Source of the DNA: Dendrobates tinctorius
Lineage: Eukaryota
DNA length: 64,000 nucleotides
Direction of reading: 5' to 3'
Assembly (NCBI RefSeq): GCF_039654945.1
Contig: NW_027361674.1
Span: 3,162,001 to 3,226,000, forward strand
In this document: one piece after another, positions 26,610 to 35,928 of the stretch
Layout: every line of letters starts with the position of its first letter
Position numbering within the stretch: the first letter of the stretch is position 1
Program-made: the position numbers and the translations under genes
Notes under the pieces: model-generated
Told to the model about the DNA's origin: nothing
Databases searched by the model: none
What the model saw: the letters and a program-made list of their open reading frames with translations, nothing else

Positions 26610-28085
26610 ATGTCTAATTCTAAGTCTGACCGCACTCGTCCCCCTGCCTCCTCTGGCACCTTAGTCAAGTACTTTGCGTGCTCTTCTTGCAATCGCAAAC
26701 TTCCCTCAGGTCAGTCCACTTCCCTCTGCCTGGACTGTAGCAATCCAATCCAGTCCGACGCCGCTCAGGAGCCATCCATAGCCCCAGTGGTGAGTGAGCC
26801 CCCCATGCCGGGCTGGGCCTCCTCTCTATCACAGTCAGTGGCAGACCTCACCAAGGTGTCTCAGTCCCTAGTAGCCGTTCTGGACAAGTTGCCCTTGGGA
26901 GCTTCGGCGGGACCCAGCACGTCTCAGGACGTCCCATCTGAGCCAGCCAGCGGCAGTCGCAAGAGGCCCAGGCAGGACCTCCAGGCGGAATCCTCCCCTC
27001 GTCCTACCTCACCCCATAGTCCCCAGCAGTCTCCCTCTCGGGCCTCCTCTCCCGAGTCAGGCGAAGCGCTTTCGGAATCGGAAGGGGTCTTAGAGCTGGA
27101 TTCGGACCAGGATGCGAACATGAAGGTTACGGTGCAAAACCTCATTGCCGCGATTCACCATACCTTTGACATCGCTGACGCCCCTGCGAAATCCTCAGAT
27201 CAGGAGGTTTCGTTCAGACGGGCGGAAACACCATGCAGGGTGTTTCCCTTCCATTCTGAGTTTGGAAAGATTTTTACAAAGGAGAGAGCAGATCCGACCA
27301 GACGCTTTCAAAGAGGAAAGCGTCTCGGCGTACTGTACCCGTTTGCTAAGGAGCTCACGGACAACTGGGCCGCTTCTCCCTCGGTGGACCCTCCCGTGTC
27401 CAGACTTTCTAATAATACGGTCCTTCCGCTGTCAGGTGTGGCGTCTCTAAAAGATTCTAATGATAGGATCATAGAATCTCTAGCAAAATCTGCCTTCGAA
27501 GCGGCATCAGCAGCGGTATGTCCAGTCTTTGCTTCTTCTTGGGCAGCAAAGGCCATATCCACTTGGGCAGACGACCTTCGGCAGGGCATTCTGGATAAGG
27601 CACGACCAGAGCATTTGGCCGATATCGCCAATCAGATTTCCCATGCGGGGGATTATCTGCTTTCTGCCTCCCTGGATGCCGCATCTTGCGCAGTTCAGGC
27701 GTCAAGTAACATCGTGGCAATCCGACGTACAATTTGGCTCAAGGCCTGGCAGGCGGACTTGTCCTCTAAAAAGTCTCTGACCAATCTGCCTTTTCAGGGA
27801 GTGCGTCTCTTCGGATCACAATTGGATCAGATTATTAAGGACGCTACCGGAGGTACGAGTTCTCTTCTCCCCTCCAAGCCTCGCAGACCTCCTCCAAGGC
27901 GTCAGTTTCGTCCCTTTCGGACTTTCCGCCGTTTCAATACGGCGGAAAACCCTTCCAACCAGCAAAGGCCACAGGCACGTCAGGAAAGAAAGAAGGTTTC
28001 CTTCAGGCCCACTCCGTCCTGGCGGTCCCACTCTTCCCAGGGAAGACCGTCCAGATCTAGATCTGGACGGTCTACATCCGCATGA
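26610..28085 (+). CDS. DIRS ORF1, gag-like (491 aa)
   Basis: ATG-initiated; N-terminal CxxC-x12-CxxC; Ser/Pro-rich linker; conserved C-terminal part (AIRRTIWLKAW, LPFQGVRLFG); basic tail. Confidence 0.85.
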   Translation: MSNSKSDRTRPPASSGTLVKYFACSSCNRKLPSGQSTSLCLDCSNPIQSDAAQEPSIAPVVSEPPMPGWASSLSQSVADLTKVSQSLVAVLDKLPLGASAGPSTSQDVPSEPASGSRKRPRQDLQAESSPRPTSPHSPQQSPSRASSPESGEALSESEGVLELDSDQDANMKVTVQNLIAAIHHTFDIADAPAKSSDQEVSFRRAETPCRVFPFHSEFGKIFTKERADPTRRFQRGKRLGVLYPFAKELTDNWAASPSVDPPVSRLSNNTVLPLSGVASLKDSNDRIIESLAKSAFEAASAAVCPVFASSWAAKAISTWADDLRQGILDKARPEHLADIANQISHAGDYLLSASLDAASCAVQASSNIVAIRRTIWLKAWQADLSSKKSLTNLPFQGVRLFGSQLDQIIKDATGGTSSLLPSKPRRPPPRRQFRPFRTFRRFNTAENPSNQQRPQARQERKKVSFRPTPSWRSHSSQGRPSRSRSGRSTSA

Positions 28086-29991
28086 CTACCATCGGTCTCC
28101 CGTGGGTCCCTTCCAATTGGGAGGTCGACTTCTTTTCTTCAGCGACGTCTGGCTCGCCTCAGTAGAGGACGCTTGGGTCAGAGAGGTTGTATCAACAGGA
28201 TACAAAATAGAGTTCATTTCTCTTCCACGGGATCGCTTCTTCCAATCCCGTCCGCCGAGGGATCCGGCCTTGGTCCCGGGGTTCTGTTCGGCCATCGCCT
28301 CTCTTCTCAGTTCCGGGGTGATTGTGCCTGTTCCCGAATCGGAACGCTTCACAGGGTTTTATTCAAACCTGTTTGTGGTGCCGAAAAAGGACGGGGCAGT
28401 TTGGCCCATTTTGGATCTCAAGTTACTCAACAAGAGAGTTCGCCTTCGCCACTTCCGGATGGAGTCTGTACGCTCGGTAATTGCTTCCATGGAGGAGCAG
28501 GAATTCATGGGTTCCATAGACATCCAAGATGCCTATCTACATGTGCCCATATTTTCCGGACATCAGAAGTTCCTGCGGTTTGCGATTCACCACGAACATT
28601 ACCAGTTCGTCGCGCTTCCTTTTGGGCTCGCCACCGCTCCCAGAGTCTTCACGAAGATTATGGCGGCGTTGATGGCCTTGTTGAGAATCAGAGGTCTCGT
28701 TCTTTTTCCGTACCTCGACGATATCCTGATCAAGGCTCCCTCCTTTCAACAGGCCCGCCTAAGTGTGGCGATCGTTCTAGACACCCTGTCCAGTTTTGGG
28801 TGGATCGTCAACCGGAAAAAGTCCTGTCTGGTCCCTACTCAACGCCTTGTGTTTCTGGGCCTTCTGTTCGACACTCGTCGGTCAAGGGTATTTCTCCCAC
28901 AAGACAAGATCCTTTCCCTGCAGCAGGGCGTGCGATCATTACAGATCACACGATTTCCATCCCTCAGGACAGCCATGAGGGTCCTGGGGAAGATGGTGGC
29001 GGTGATAGAGGCAGTTCCCTTTGCCCAATTTCACGCCAGGCCACTCCAGCAGGCCATTTTGTCCAGGTGGAACAGGTCGGCTCTGTCTCTGGATCGTCCG
29101 GTTCGCCTTTCATGCCGGATCAAGCGGTCTCTCAACTGGTGGTTGACGTCTCCCCTCATTCTCTTGGGGCGGTCTTTTCTTCCCGTTCACTGGCAGATTG
29201 TCACTACGGACGCCAGCCTCATCGGCTGGGGTGCAGTGTTCCGCAATCACACTGTTCAGGGTCGATGGTCGACTCAGGAATCAGCTCTGCAGATCAATGT
29301 TCTAGAGATACGAGCGATCCATCTAGCTCTCGTCCACTGGGAAAGGCGCCTCAAGGGCCTGCCTGTCAGGATTCAGACAGACAATGCCACAGCGGTGGCG
29401 TATATCAACCGCCAAGGGGGGACACGGAGTGTCTCAGCTCTGGCGGAAGTGTCCAGAATTCTTCAATGGGCAGAGACCTTTGTTCCAACGATTTCCGCGG
29501 TTCACATTCCCGGCGTGGACAACTGGGCCGCCGATTTCCTCAGCCGCGAGGGTCTCGCGGCAGGGGAATGGTCCCTACATCCGGAGGTGTTTCATCTGCT
29601 CTGCCGTCGGTGGGGAACTCCGGATGTAGACCTCATGGCATCTCGCCTCAACAGGAAAGTCCCACAATTCGTGTCCAGGTCTCGGGACCCTCTGGCAGTG
29701 GGCGCCGACGCTCTGGCCGTCCCTTGGTCACAGTTCGAGCTCCCCTACCTGTTCCCTCCTCTGCCTCTTCTTCCCAAGTTGTTGAAGAAAATCAAAGCAG
29801 AGGGGATTCCAGTCATCCTCATCGCCCCGAATTGGCCCAGAAGGTCTTGGTTCGCGGACATTGTCAACCTTCTCGCGGACGCTCCCTGGAAGCTTCCCGA
29901 CAGGGCAGACCTGTTGTCTCAAGGCCCGATTTGCCACCCCAATTCTCGGTCGCTCAATTTAACGGCGTGGCTGTTGAGACCGAGGTTTTGA
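27781..29991 (+). CDS. DIRS RT + RNase H + adenine methyltransferase-like frame (start mechanism unknown)
   Basis: IDIQDAY, LPFGLATAP and YLDD (RT); TDAS, LE, TDN and AD (RNase H); DLMAS...YLFPP...PNWP (methyltransferase-like). The frame is open from 27781; the track start is GTG 28102; the first ATG is at 28459. Confidence 0.9.
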   Translation, partial: PICLFRECVSSDHNWIRLLRTLPEVRVLFSPPSLADLLQGVSFVPFGLSAVSIRRKTLPTSKGHRHVRKERRFPSGPLRPGGPTLPREDRPDLDLDGLHPHDYHRSPVGPFQLGGRLLFFSDVWLASVEDAWVREVVSTGYKIEFISLPRDRFFQSRPPRDPALVPGFCSAIASLLSSGVIVPVPESERFTGFYSNLFVVPKKDGAVWPILDLKLLNKRVRLRHFRMESVRSVIASMEEQEFMGSIDIQDAYLHVPIFSGHQKFLRFAIHHEHYQFVALPFGLATAPRVFTKIMAALMALLRIRGLVLFPYLDDILIKAPSFQQARLSVAIVLDTLSSFGWIVNRKKSCLVPTQRLVFLGLLFDTRRSRVFLPQDKILSLQQGVRSLQITRFPSLRTAMRVLGKMVAVIEAVPFAQFHARPLQQAILSRWNRSALSLDRPVRLSCRIKRSLNWWLTSPLILLGRSFLPVHWQIVTTDASLIGWGAVFRNHTVQGRWSTQESALQINVLEIRAIHLALVHWERRLKGLPVRIQTDNATAVAYINRQGGTRSVSALAEVSRILQWAETFVPTISAVHIPGVDNWAADFLSREGLAAGEWSLHPEVFHLLCRRWGTPDVDLMASRLNRKVPQFVSRSRDPLAVGADALAVPWSQFELPYLFPPLPLLPKLLKKIKAEGIPVILIAPNWPRRSWFADIVNLLADAPWKLPDRADLLSQGPICHPNSRSLNLTAWLLRPRF

Positions 29992-31016
29992 GACGGGCAG
30001 GATTCTCTGATCGGGTGATTCATACCATGATCCACGCCAGAAAGCCTTCTTCTTCGAAGATCTATTACCGTACTTGGAAAGCCTATTTCTCCTGGTGTGA
30101 GACCAATGACATCGCGCCCTTGGTTTTTTCGCTCCCTTCTATTCTGGCGTTTCTGCAGGCAGGGCTGGATGCGGGGCTTGCTCTCAGTTCCTTGAAGGGT
30201 CAAGTTTCGGCACTGTCCATTTTATTTCAGAAAACGCTGGCCTCCCGGCCCCAGGTCAAAACCTTCCTCCAGGGTGTGGCTCACACGGTTCCTCCGTACC
30301 GAGCGCCCGTGGATCCTTGGGATCTTAATTTGGTTCTTCAGGTTCTGCAGGGTCCTCCTTTTGAACCTCTCAGGGACGTTTCCCTTTCCCTCCTTTCTTG
30401 GAAAGTGGCCTTTCTGGTGGCCATTACCTCCATCCGGCGCGTGTCGGAATTAGCAGCACTTTCTTGCCGCTCTCCTTTTTTGGTCCTTCATCAGGACAAG
30501 GTAGTTCTGCGGCCTCCGCCCTCTTTTCTTCCGAAGGTGGTATCTTCGTTTCACCTCAATGAGGACATTGTTCTGCCATCCTTCTGCCCGAGCCCAGCTC
30601 ACCCTCGGGAGCGGTCCTTGAACAAGCTGGACCTAGTCAGGGCATTGAGAGTCTATCTAGCCCGGACGACTTCCTTGCGGAAGTCAGACTCTCTGTTCAT
30701 CATTCCTGATGGGGCGAGGAAAGGTCACCCAGCCTCAAAGGCCACTATTGCGCGCTGGATCAGATCGGCAATTTTGGAGGCATACCGGGTCAAGCATCGA
30801 GTGGCCCCTCCAGGGATCAGAGCGCACTCTACCCGAGCGGTGGGTGCCTCCTGGGCGGTGCGCCACAGAGCTTCCGCGCTGCAGCTTTGCAAGGCTGCAA
30901 CGTGGTCATCGGTTCACACCTTTGTGAAATTCTACAGGGTCCACACCTACGCTTCGGCGGACGCCAGCCTAGGTAGAAGGATTCTGCAGGCTGCGGTGGC
31001 GAGTCCACTGGCCTGA
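28086..31016 (+). CDS. DIRS tyrosine recombinase frame (recombinase domain about 29950-31016)
   Basis: Catalytic R (IRRVSEL), HxxR (AHSTR), W (ATW) and Y (KFYR). The frame is open from immediately after the gag stop; the track start is TTG 28173. Confidence 0.9.
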   Translation, partial: LPSVSRGSLPIGRSTSFLQRRLARLSRGRLGQRGCINRIQNRVHFSSTGSLLPIPSAEGSGLGPGVLFGHRLSSQFRGDCACSRIGTLHRVLFKPVCGAEKGRGSLAHFGSQVTQQESSPSPLPDGVCTLGNCFHGGAGIHGFHRHPRCLSTCAHIFRTSEVPAVCDSPRTLPVRRASFWARHRSQSLHEDYGGVDGLVENQRSRSFSVPRRYPDQGSLLSTGPPKCGDRSRHPVQFWVDRQPEKVLSGPYSTPCVSGPSVRHSSVKGISPTRQDPFPAAGRAIITDHTISIPQDSHEGPGEDGGGDRGSSLCPISRQATPAGHFVQVEQVGSVSGSSGSPFMPDQAVSQLVVDVSPHSLGAVFSSRSLADCHYGRQPHRLGCSVPQSHCSGSMVDSGISSADQCSRDTSDPSSSRPLGKAPQGPACQDSDRQCHSGGVYQPPRGDTECLSSGGSVQNSSMGRDLCSNDFRGSHSRRGQLGRRFPQPRGSRGRGMVPTSGGVSSALPSVGNSGCRPHGISPQQESPTIRVQVSGPSGSGRRRSGRPLVTVRAPLPVPSSASSSQVVEENQSRGDSSHPHRPELAQKVLVRGHCQPSRGRSLEASRQGRPVVSRPDLPPQFSVAQFNGVAVETEVLRRAGFSDRVIHTMIHARKPSSSKIYYRTWKAYFSWCETNDIAPLVFSLPSILAFLQAGLDAGLALSSLKGQVSALSILFQKTLASRPQVKTFLQGVAHTVPPYRAPVDPWDLNLVLQVLQGPPFEPLRDVSLSLLSWKVAFLVAITSIRRVSELAALSCRSPFLVLHQDKVVLRPPPSFLPKVVSSFHLNEDIVLPSFCPSPAHPRERSLNKLDLVRALRVYLARTTSLRKSDSLFIIPDGARKGHPASKATIARWIRSAILEAYRVKHRVAPPGIRAHSTRAVGASWAVRHRASALQLCKAATWSSVHTFVKFYRVHTYASADASLGRRILQAAVASPLA

Positions 31017-31056
31017 TGGAAGTTTGTTTCCCACCCCAGGGACTGCTTTGGGACGT

Positions 31057-31158
31057 CCCATGGTCTCTGTGTCCCCCAATAAGGCGAACGAGAAAACAGG
31101 ATTTTTTGGGTTGCTTACCGTAAAATCTGTTTCTCGGAGCCTTCATTGGGGGACACAG
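31057..31158. repeat. DIRS internal complementary region (ICR)
   Basis: Reverse complement of the joined right and left termini: ...AATAAGGCGAACGAGAAA-ACAGGATTTTTTGGGTTGCTTACCG... Confidence 0.92.
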
Positions 31159-31902
31159 CACCCTCCCATGTTCTACAACTCCTGTTCTTATGTTTGTTGG
31201 TTTGTTACAGTTGAGTTGTTTGTTCTGTTTTCAATCTATTCTGTTACTTCTCCTACTGCTTTCTCACTAACTGAGGAACTTCCGGTCGGTGGGGTGTACA
31301 CTGCGGAGGAGGAGCTAACCTTTTTTTGTGCATAGTGTCAGCGTCCTAGTGGCAGCAGCATACACCCATGGTCTCTGTGTCCCCCAATGAAGGCTCCGAG
31401 AAACAGATTTTACGGTAAGCAACCCAAAAAATCCTGTTTTTTCTGTTGTTACCCTGGTCCAGAGCCGAGTCTTTGCCACTGCCCAGTGTCTCTGAAGCAC
31501 TGACGTCTCATCGACAGCGCTGCAGCCAATCACTGAGCTCAGCAGTTCTGAAAATGTAGACGCCACGAGCCTCAGAGCGCATTGGTTGGCTGCAGTGCTG
31601 TCAACGTGATGTCGGTTCTGCAGATGACAACAGACTCCATCAGCAGTGTTGGAGACTCAGTGCTGGACTTGAAGAGGTGAGTAAAGCACAATTTGTTTTT
31701 TGTATTTTTAAACAAAATGCAGCCAGGAGATAGGTTATCTGAAGATGGAAAACCCCTTTAAGGGCCTTCAGAATAATGCACAAAAAGTATGATTGCACGT
31801 TAAACCTTCAAAGACTGTGGAGCTATGAGGCAAGATATTAGTGAAATTGTGAACAGAGATGATAAGGGCTGATCAGTCGTGCATGGTATATGCATTTGGT
31901 TT

Positions 31903-32275
31903 TATCAAACCAGGAAAGGTATCCAGCAACAGATCCATCGGTGAATAGTTATTAAAAAACAAAAATCTTTCATGTATAACATGGTTAAAATTCTGGTATA
32001 ATACCATTAGTTTAGAAAAAGGCAAGTAACCCGGGAAACTCATGGCCTTACGCGTTTCAAACCAACTGGTTCTTAATCATAGTTCACACTTTGAACTATG
32101 ATTAAAAACCTGTTGGTTTGAAACGCGTAAGGCCATGAGTTTCCCGGGTTACTTGCCTTTTTCTAACCTAATGGTATTATACCAGAATTTTAACCATGTT
32201 ATACATTAAAGATTTTTGTTTTTAAATAACTATTCACTGATGGATCTGTTGCTGGATACCTTTCCTTCTTTGATA
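31903..32275. repeat. Near-perfect palindrome of about 370 bp (Penelope-like fold-back)
   Basis: Arms of about 184 bp around a 5-nt loop at 32087-32091; each arm carries GAAACGCGT. Confidence 0.9.
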
Positions 32276-33149
32276 CTACTCGTTTGCTGCTAACACAAAC
32301 TTCTTTCTGTACACGGTCATTGGATTCTACTGCGGTGAGCTGGATTTTTTCTACTAAGCATTTGCTATTTTTTGTATTAAGCTTGAGGGGATCTATAGAT
32401 TTCTTTTTGAGGATTATTATTGGTTATGCGTATGGTATACGAGGCTGTCATTACATTTCTCATAATCCTGTTTTTTTTCCTATTTTTCTTTTGTTTTGCG
32501 CTTGTTCACTGCCTGTCATGTTTTCTGCTCTGTTACTAATTAGTAATTTCCTCCTGAATAATTCTGAACAGCAGGGGAGCTGCTAACCGAGGTTTGCCAG
32601 TAAATTCCCTCCTCGTACTATGTTTTGCACAAGGATTTTAAAGTGATTTTTTTCCATCCACCAAGAAGTGACGAGTTTTAATCCCGAATCTGAAACCTTT
32701 GTCTAAATTCAGCTACTCCTGATTACCCACAATCATCGACTCCAGTTTACTTATAGGGATAGTCTTACCATCATTAAGAAATCACCCAATCCACACTGAT
32801 CGCTGGGACCCTACTGGTCTTGAGAGTGGGGTCTTGAACATGTACTATTGTTCATGTGACTGATGGAAATAGTGAAAGTGACAGCCTATGCTTGAGACAA
32901 AGGAGGCTGGACATGTTCTGAGCCTTTGATTAAACAGGTCCAGGACTTATCCTGAAGAAAATTAATCTATGTATATGTCATCAATTTCAGATCAGTGGGG
33001 GTCCGTTGCCCGAGACCTCCACTGATCAGTTGTTTGCATTTCCTACTGTGGCCACCGGATAGAGCCATAACAGCACAGCAAGTTTTATTATACTCACCCG
33101 GGGGTGGTTCGATGCGGTCCGGTCCGATGTGTGTCGCAGGTCCGGGTCT

Positions 33150-33890
33150 GGCGCCTCCCAGCACAAACTCAGCTTTCTGACACTGGGCACTACATTGCAA
33201 CCCAAAATTTTTTGGTAATCTTCAGATTTCATGATGCCTTACGCACAGTCATGGCACCCAGTTTCAGAGGCAGCAGAACAACCCCAAAACATCTTTGAAC
33301 CTCCACCATATTTGACTGTAGGTCTGTGTTATATTTTTGTAGGCTTCATTCCGTTTTCATTAAACACTAGAATGATGTGCTTTACCAAAAAGCTCTGTCT
33401 TTTTCTCATGTGTCCATAATATACTTTCCCTGAAGGATTTTGGCTTACTCGCATACATTTGGGCAAACAACAGTCTAGCTTTTTTACATCTGTGTGAGCA
33501 GTGGGGTCCTCCTGGGTCTCCTGCCATAGCGCTTCATTTAATTCAGATGTCGAAGGATAGTTTGCGCTGACACTGATCCACCCTGAGCCTACAGGACAGC
33601 TTGAATTTCTTTGGAACCTGACTGAGGCTGCTTATCCACCATCTGGACTATCCTGCAGTTGAACCTTTCATCATTTTTTCTCTGCTGGCCACGTCCAGGG
33701 AGACTAGCTACAGTGCCATGGGGTGTAAACTTCTTGATTTATATTGCGCACCATGGACAAAAGAATGTCAAGATTTCTGGAGATGGACTTGTTACCTTGA
33801 GATTGTTGATATTTTCAATAAATTTAGTCCTCAAGTGCTCAGACAGTTCTCTTCTCCAATTTTTGTTCTCCATTCTTAGTGTGGCACACA
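33150..33890 (-). mobile_element. Decayed Tc1 transposase fragment
   Basis: Minus strand gives MKSEDYQKILG...SVRKL and PTVKYGGGS; shares sequence with 17260-17520. Confidence 0.75.
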
Positions 33891-34028
33891 AATGTCGTCC
33901 TTATTTACACCACAAAAGTGGCGCAGATTATGACATCTAGATTAGGACACGGATGTATGCCTGTCACTAGCTGGCATGTATGTCGTGAGCTGGCGCATTG
34001 TTTCAGAAGGATGCATCAAATTCATTGA

Positions 34029-34945
34029 GGCTGAGTTCACACGTGGCGTTTTTTTCGCGTTTCCGCGGCGGCTTTAACCGTGCGATTTTGCCGCGAAAAC
34101 GCGAAAAATAAGCATCCCATGCATTCCTATGGGATTCCGCAATGCTATGCTAATGCTGCGGTTTTTACCGCGGCGGAATCGCTTCGCGGTAAAAACCGCA
34201 GCATGCTCATTCATTTGCGGAATCGCGGCGATCCCGCACCCATAGGAATGCATTGTTCCGCTTCCCGCATGTGGCTGTGCACACCATGCGGAAAGTAAGC
34301 AGAACAATTGCGGATGGTACCCACGGTCCGGAGGAGAGGAGACTGTCCTCCGGGCTTTGGGTACCATATCCCTGTAAAAAATTGAATTTTAAAATAAAAA
34401 ATATTGTTATTCTTACCTTCCGGCGTCCCGCGCAGTCTTCCTGCCTCTCTTCATGCTCCCGTTCCCAGTAAGCCTTTGCGAAAATGCCCGCGATGGCGTC
34501 CACTCTCGCGGGATCGCGAAGTCTCGCGGTCATTCGCGAGACGTTGCGATCCCGCGAGAACTGACGTCATCGCGGGCATTTTCGCAAAGGATTACTGGGA
34601 ACGGATGCGCGGGACGTCGGAGGGTAAGAATAACACCATTTTTTATTTTTTTTTACATTCTATCTTTTACTACTGATGCTGCATAGGCGGCCGCAGTAGT
34701 AAAAAGTTGGTCACACTGGTCAAACACTATGTTTGACCAGTGTGACCAACCTGTCAATCAGTTCTCCAAGCGATGCTACAGATCGCTTGGAGAACGCTAG
34801 CATTCTGCAAGCTAATTACGCTTGCAAAATGCTAGTTTTTCCACGGGGATATCGCGGGAATTTAAAATGCGATTTTCCCGCGGACTGGAATTCCGGAATT
34901 CTCGCGGGAATTTCCGCGAGAATTCCGGTACGTGTGCACTTAGCC
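34029..34945. mobile_element. Harbinger-like non-autonomous element of about 0.9 kb, copy 1
   Basis: GGCTGAGTTCACACGT ... ACGTGTGCACTTAGCC TIRs; homologous to 35929-36860 and 55026-55926. Confidence 0.8.
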
Positions 34946-35928
34946 TAAAGGGCACATCTTACACCATCACACACTTCATCAAGGTCGCAGTACAAAATGC
35001 CAGACTTGACACATCAGAAGCACCGGAGTGGGCATGTAAGCATTTTTGGTGAATGACCTCTACTTTATGCTGTATCCTTCTGCATATGAAACCCATAAAA
35101 ATCGCCCAAATTCTCCGGCTGTGATTAAGATTAAATATAGACCATGAAGCCTGCATCGTTATCACTAAGCTGCTACTTCTGTAATCTTAATTAAACAGGA
35201 CTTTCTAGAAGCTTTGATTAATGCGGTAATTAATACATTTGGCGGATTCTTCCAGCACCCGAGTGCTTCCTGCAGATGGGGACAGGATACGGGATATGAA
35301 GTTTCAGCATAAAAAAAAAATTGGATCACTTCTGCAGGGCTTTCCAATATTCTCTCTTAAAGGGATAGTCACTCCATCCTAGAAAAGTCTCATATAGTAT
35401 CTGTGTTAACCCACTGTGCCTTTTCAGATCTTATTGCAGTAATTGAATGGAACATCCAGGTACTAATGTAGATGAATTTGGAGTAGGCACAGAGGAGAAG
35501 ATTGGTGCCCTTGTTGTAGGGACTGGACCCCCAACTACTATGTAACAGGGGCTTCTCCTTATGGTGCGCAGGGGCCCAAAGGATGGGCAGCATGTTTGTG
35601 TCTACACATACACAGTAAGGCCTATTAGCGCCTGACATTGCTATTGGATTTGTTCTTCTGCTTCTGTGACTAAGCAGAGTGAATGCATTCTTGGGTATGA
35701 CTCCATAAGGTTGGCACACCTGTATGTGGGCATGCATTCCCATTATTTGCAGATCTCCGCTCTGTCTGGTTGGATGGGCGGCATCAATACTCGGCTATTT
35801 TAAGGTCTGAGATGTTCGATCACGTTCAATAACGGACTCAAGGACATCCACAGACTTGTGCTGCAGCCGTTCCTGCGTTCTTCACACAATGGGGCTGATT
35901 AAGACTGGTGTTGTGCACGTTGGTCTTA

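Larger units (their letters stand above)
25427..31440 (+). mobile_element. Full-length DIRS1-type tyrosine-recombinase retrotransposon
   Basis: TTT termini; inverted terminal repeats (about 25440-25568 and 31267-31394); internal complementary region at 31057-31158; gag, RT-RNase H-methyltransferase and tyrosine recombinase ORFs. Confidence 0.96.

Noticed and set aside
28083-28085. Selenocysteine recoding of the DIRS UGA
   Set aside because: No SECIS element recognised and no redox-motif context; ordinary leaky readthrough is simpler.
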